Shown here in pieces: positions 62,498 through 64,000 of a DNA stretch of 64,000 bases (position 1 is its first letter; each line of letters starts with the position of its first letter). The notes below the pieces were generated by a model. The model saw nothing but the letters and a program-made list of their open reading frames with translations, was not told the origin of the DNA and did not search any database. The stretch is from Ranitomeya imitator (lineage: Eukaryota): positions 767,498,001 to 767,562,000 of the forward strand of contig NC_091284.1 in assembly GCF_032444005.1 (NCBI RefSeq). Reading direction: 5' to 3'. The translations under genes were made by a program, and so were the position numbers.

Positions 62498-64000
62498 TAA
62501 TCAAGAGGCCACATGCGCAATAAAGCAACAAAATCTCAATAAGGAAATTTCAGCACCGCGCCAAAAGGGGAAGAGGAGCTTGATTGGAAAGTCTGCCAGG
62601 AAAGAGAGGTTTAGGCCCAGTTCACACTGAGCGTTTTGTTTCTGCAGCAAAACCTGAGTGCTTGGCAGTAAAGAAGCTGTGGAAAGAACGCAGCTTTTGT
62701 GGCGTTTTGGTATGTTTTTTTCATTTTTTTTTTTACTTTCAATTCAATAGGTGAAAAACGCTGAAATTACATGCTCCATGTCCAAAAACCCATGCAAAGC
62801 CCAAAATACTGATGACAAAAAAAAAATGTGTGTGCATGAGATTTCTGAAATCCAGGAGGTCCTGCTGGATCCAGGATGGTTGGGAGGTATGTGTTTGTAA
62901 AAAAATAAAATAAAATCTGATGCATATGTTATTTTTGGAATCTGGAGAAGTTTGTACAGATTTTGGCTAATTAAAGGGGTTGTCTACTACTAGAAAACCC
63001 TTTATAGAATGGAACTTGTCATTAGACTCATGCTAATGACTGAATCACAGGAAATGCATGCAGTGCCTCAGGGCTACAGGGGTTCTCTGGTGTCATTCCC
63101 CCCGGCTGCAGTACATCCCTGGGCTACAGACCTGGATCTAGGGAGCAATAGTAAGAGGTTGTCCAACAGTGCAGAGAGAACCCTTTACCATTACATTAGA
63201 GTTCACAATGATTGCTGTCCACACCGGTATTCTGGGCTCTGGACAGATATTACTGCTCTCACACACAGATATTTACAGAACAAAAGACAAATATTTTAGG
63301 ACACTTCTTTCTTTTTAGCAGACATGCTCCAGACACATATTACATGAAGATCTGCAGAGAAACGGAAAATGCGCAATGTACAAAGGATTGAAAGCGCAGC
63401 GAGGTCGGGGTATTGAGGACGTAAAAATGCCAGGAAAAAAACGAATGTTAAAAATGTCACAAAATAAAAAGACACCAGAGACAGAGGTCACGAATTACAT
63501 AAACACGCCGAATAAAAAGTAACACATTGTGTGCGGTGCGGGATTAGCGGATATAGTTATATTCCTACTGGGCTCCGTATGGTGAGCAGAACGGGCAAGT
63601 GAATGGGTTCGTGACAAAAAAGGACAAGTACACCCCTGTATTACACACGTACCCTAGGGTGCCAAGGAAATGCATGGTAAAAATTAAGCAGCAAGTTTTT
63701 GAAGGTCTTACCTCCTTATTTTGTTCCTTTTTGGGCACAGATATTTTATCATTTTCTTTTTTTAAGGTTAGTTGTCATTTACTGGTTGCTCAATGGCACA
63801 TCATATTGCAGTTTAAATGTTTGCTTAGTATTTATCTTCATGCATATCCCGCGTTATGTATGCATATTATACCGTTTACCGATCGGATTAATTGATTTTA
63901 TATTTTGATAGATCGGGAGTTTCTGAATGCGGCGATACCAAATGTGTGTGTATATACATATATATACTGTACATATACCTTGAGCAAGTGGTAAATCTAA

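Overview
Eukaryotic, intron-rich vertebrate DNA. The repeat families point to a frog, probably a large-genome neobatrachian (inference). Three protein-coding genes can be rebuilt exon by exon with canonical GT-AG sites: RASL11A (- strand, 4 coding exons, 241 aa), RPL21 (- strand, 5'TOP non-coding exon plus 5 coding exons, 160 aa) and MTIF3 (+ strand, 3 coding exons, 286 aa). RPL21 and MTIF3 are head-to-head, and no GTF3A was recognised, which differs from the human gene order. RPL21 introns host one SNORA27-like H/ACA snoRNA and three SNORD102-like C/D snoRNAs. The rest is transposon- and tandem-repeat-rich: an intact DD34E Tc1, a DD35E Tc1 with two nonsense codons, a fragmented DD38E Tc1 split by a DIRS retroelement (3-nt crossover core reconstructable), a non-autonomous Helitron, piggyBac-like TTAA elements (one with telomere-like repeats), Harbinger and T2 MITEs, V-SINEs, an L2 fragment, Penelope-type termini with decayed hammerhead-like motifs, and several minisatellites. 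Most long ORFs in the track are repeat artefacts. All family assignments come from recalled motifs, not database searches.
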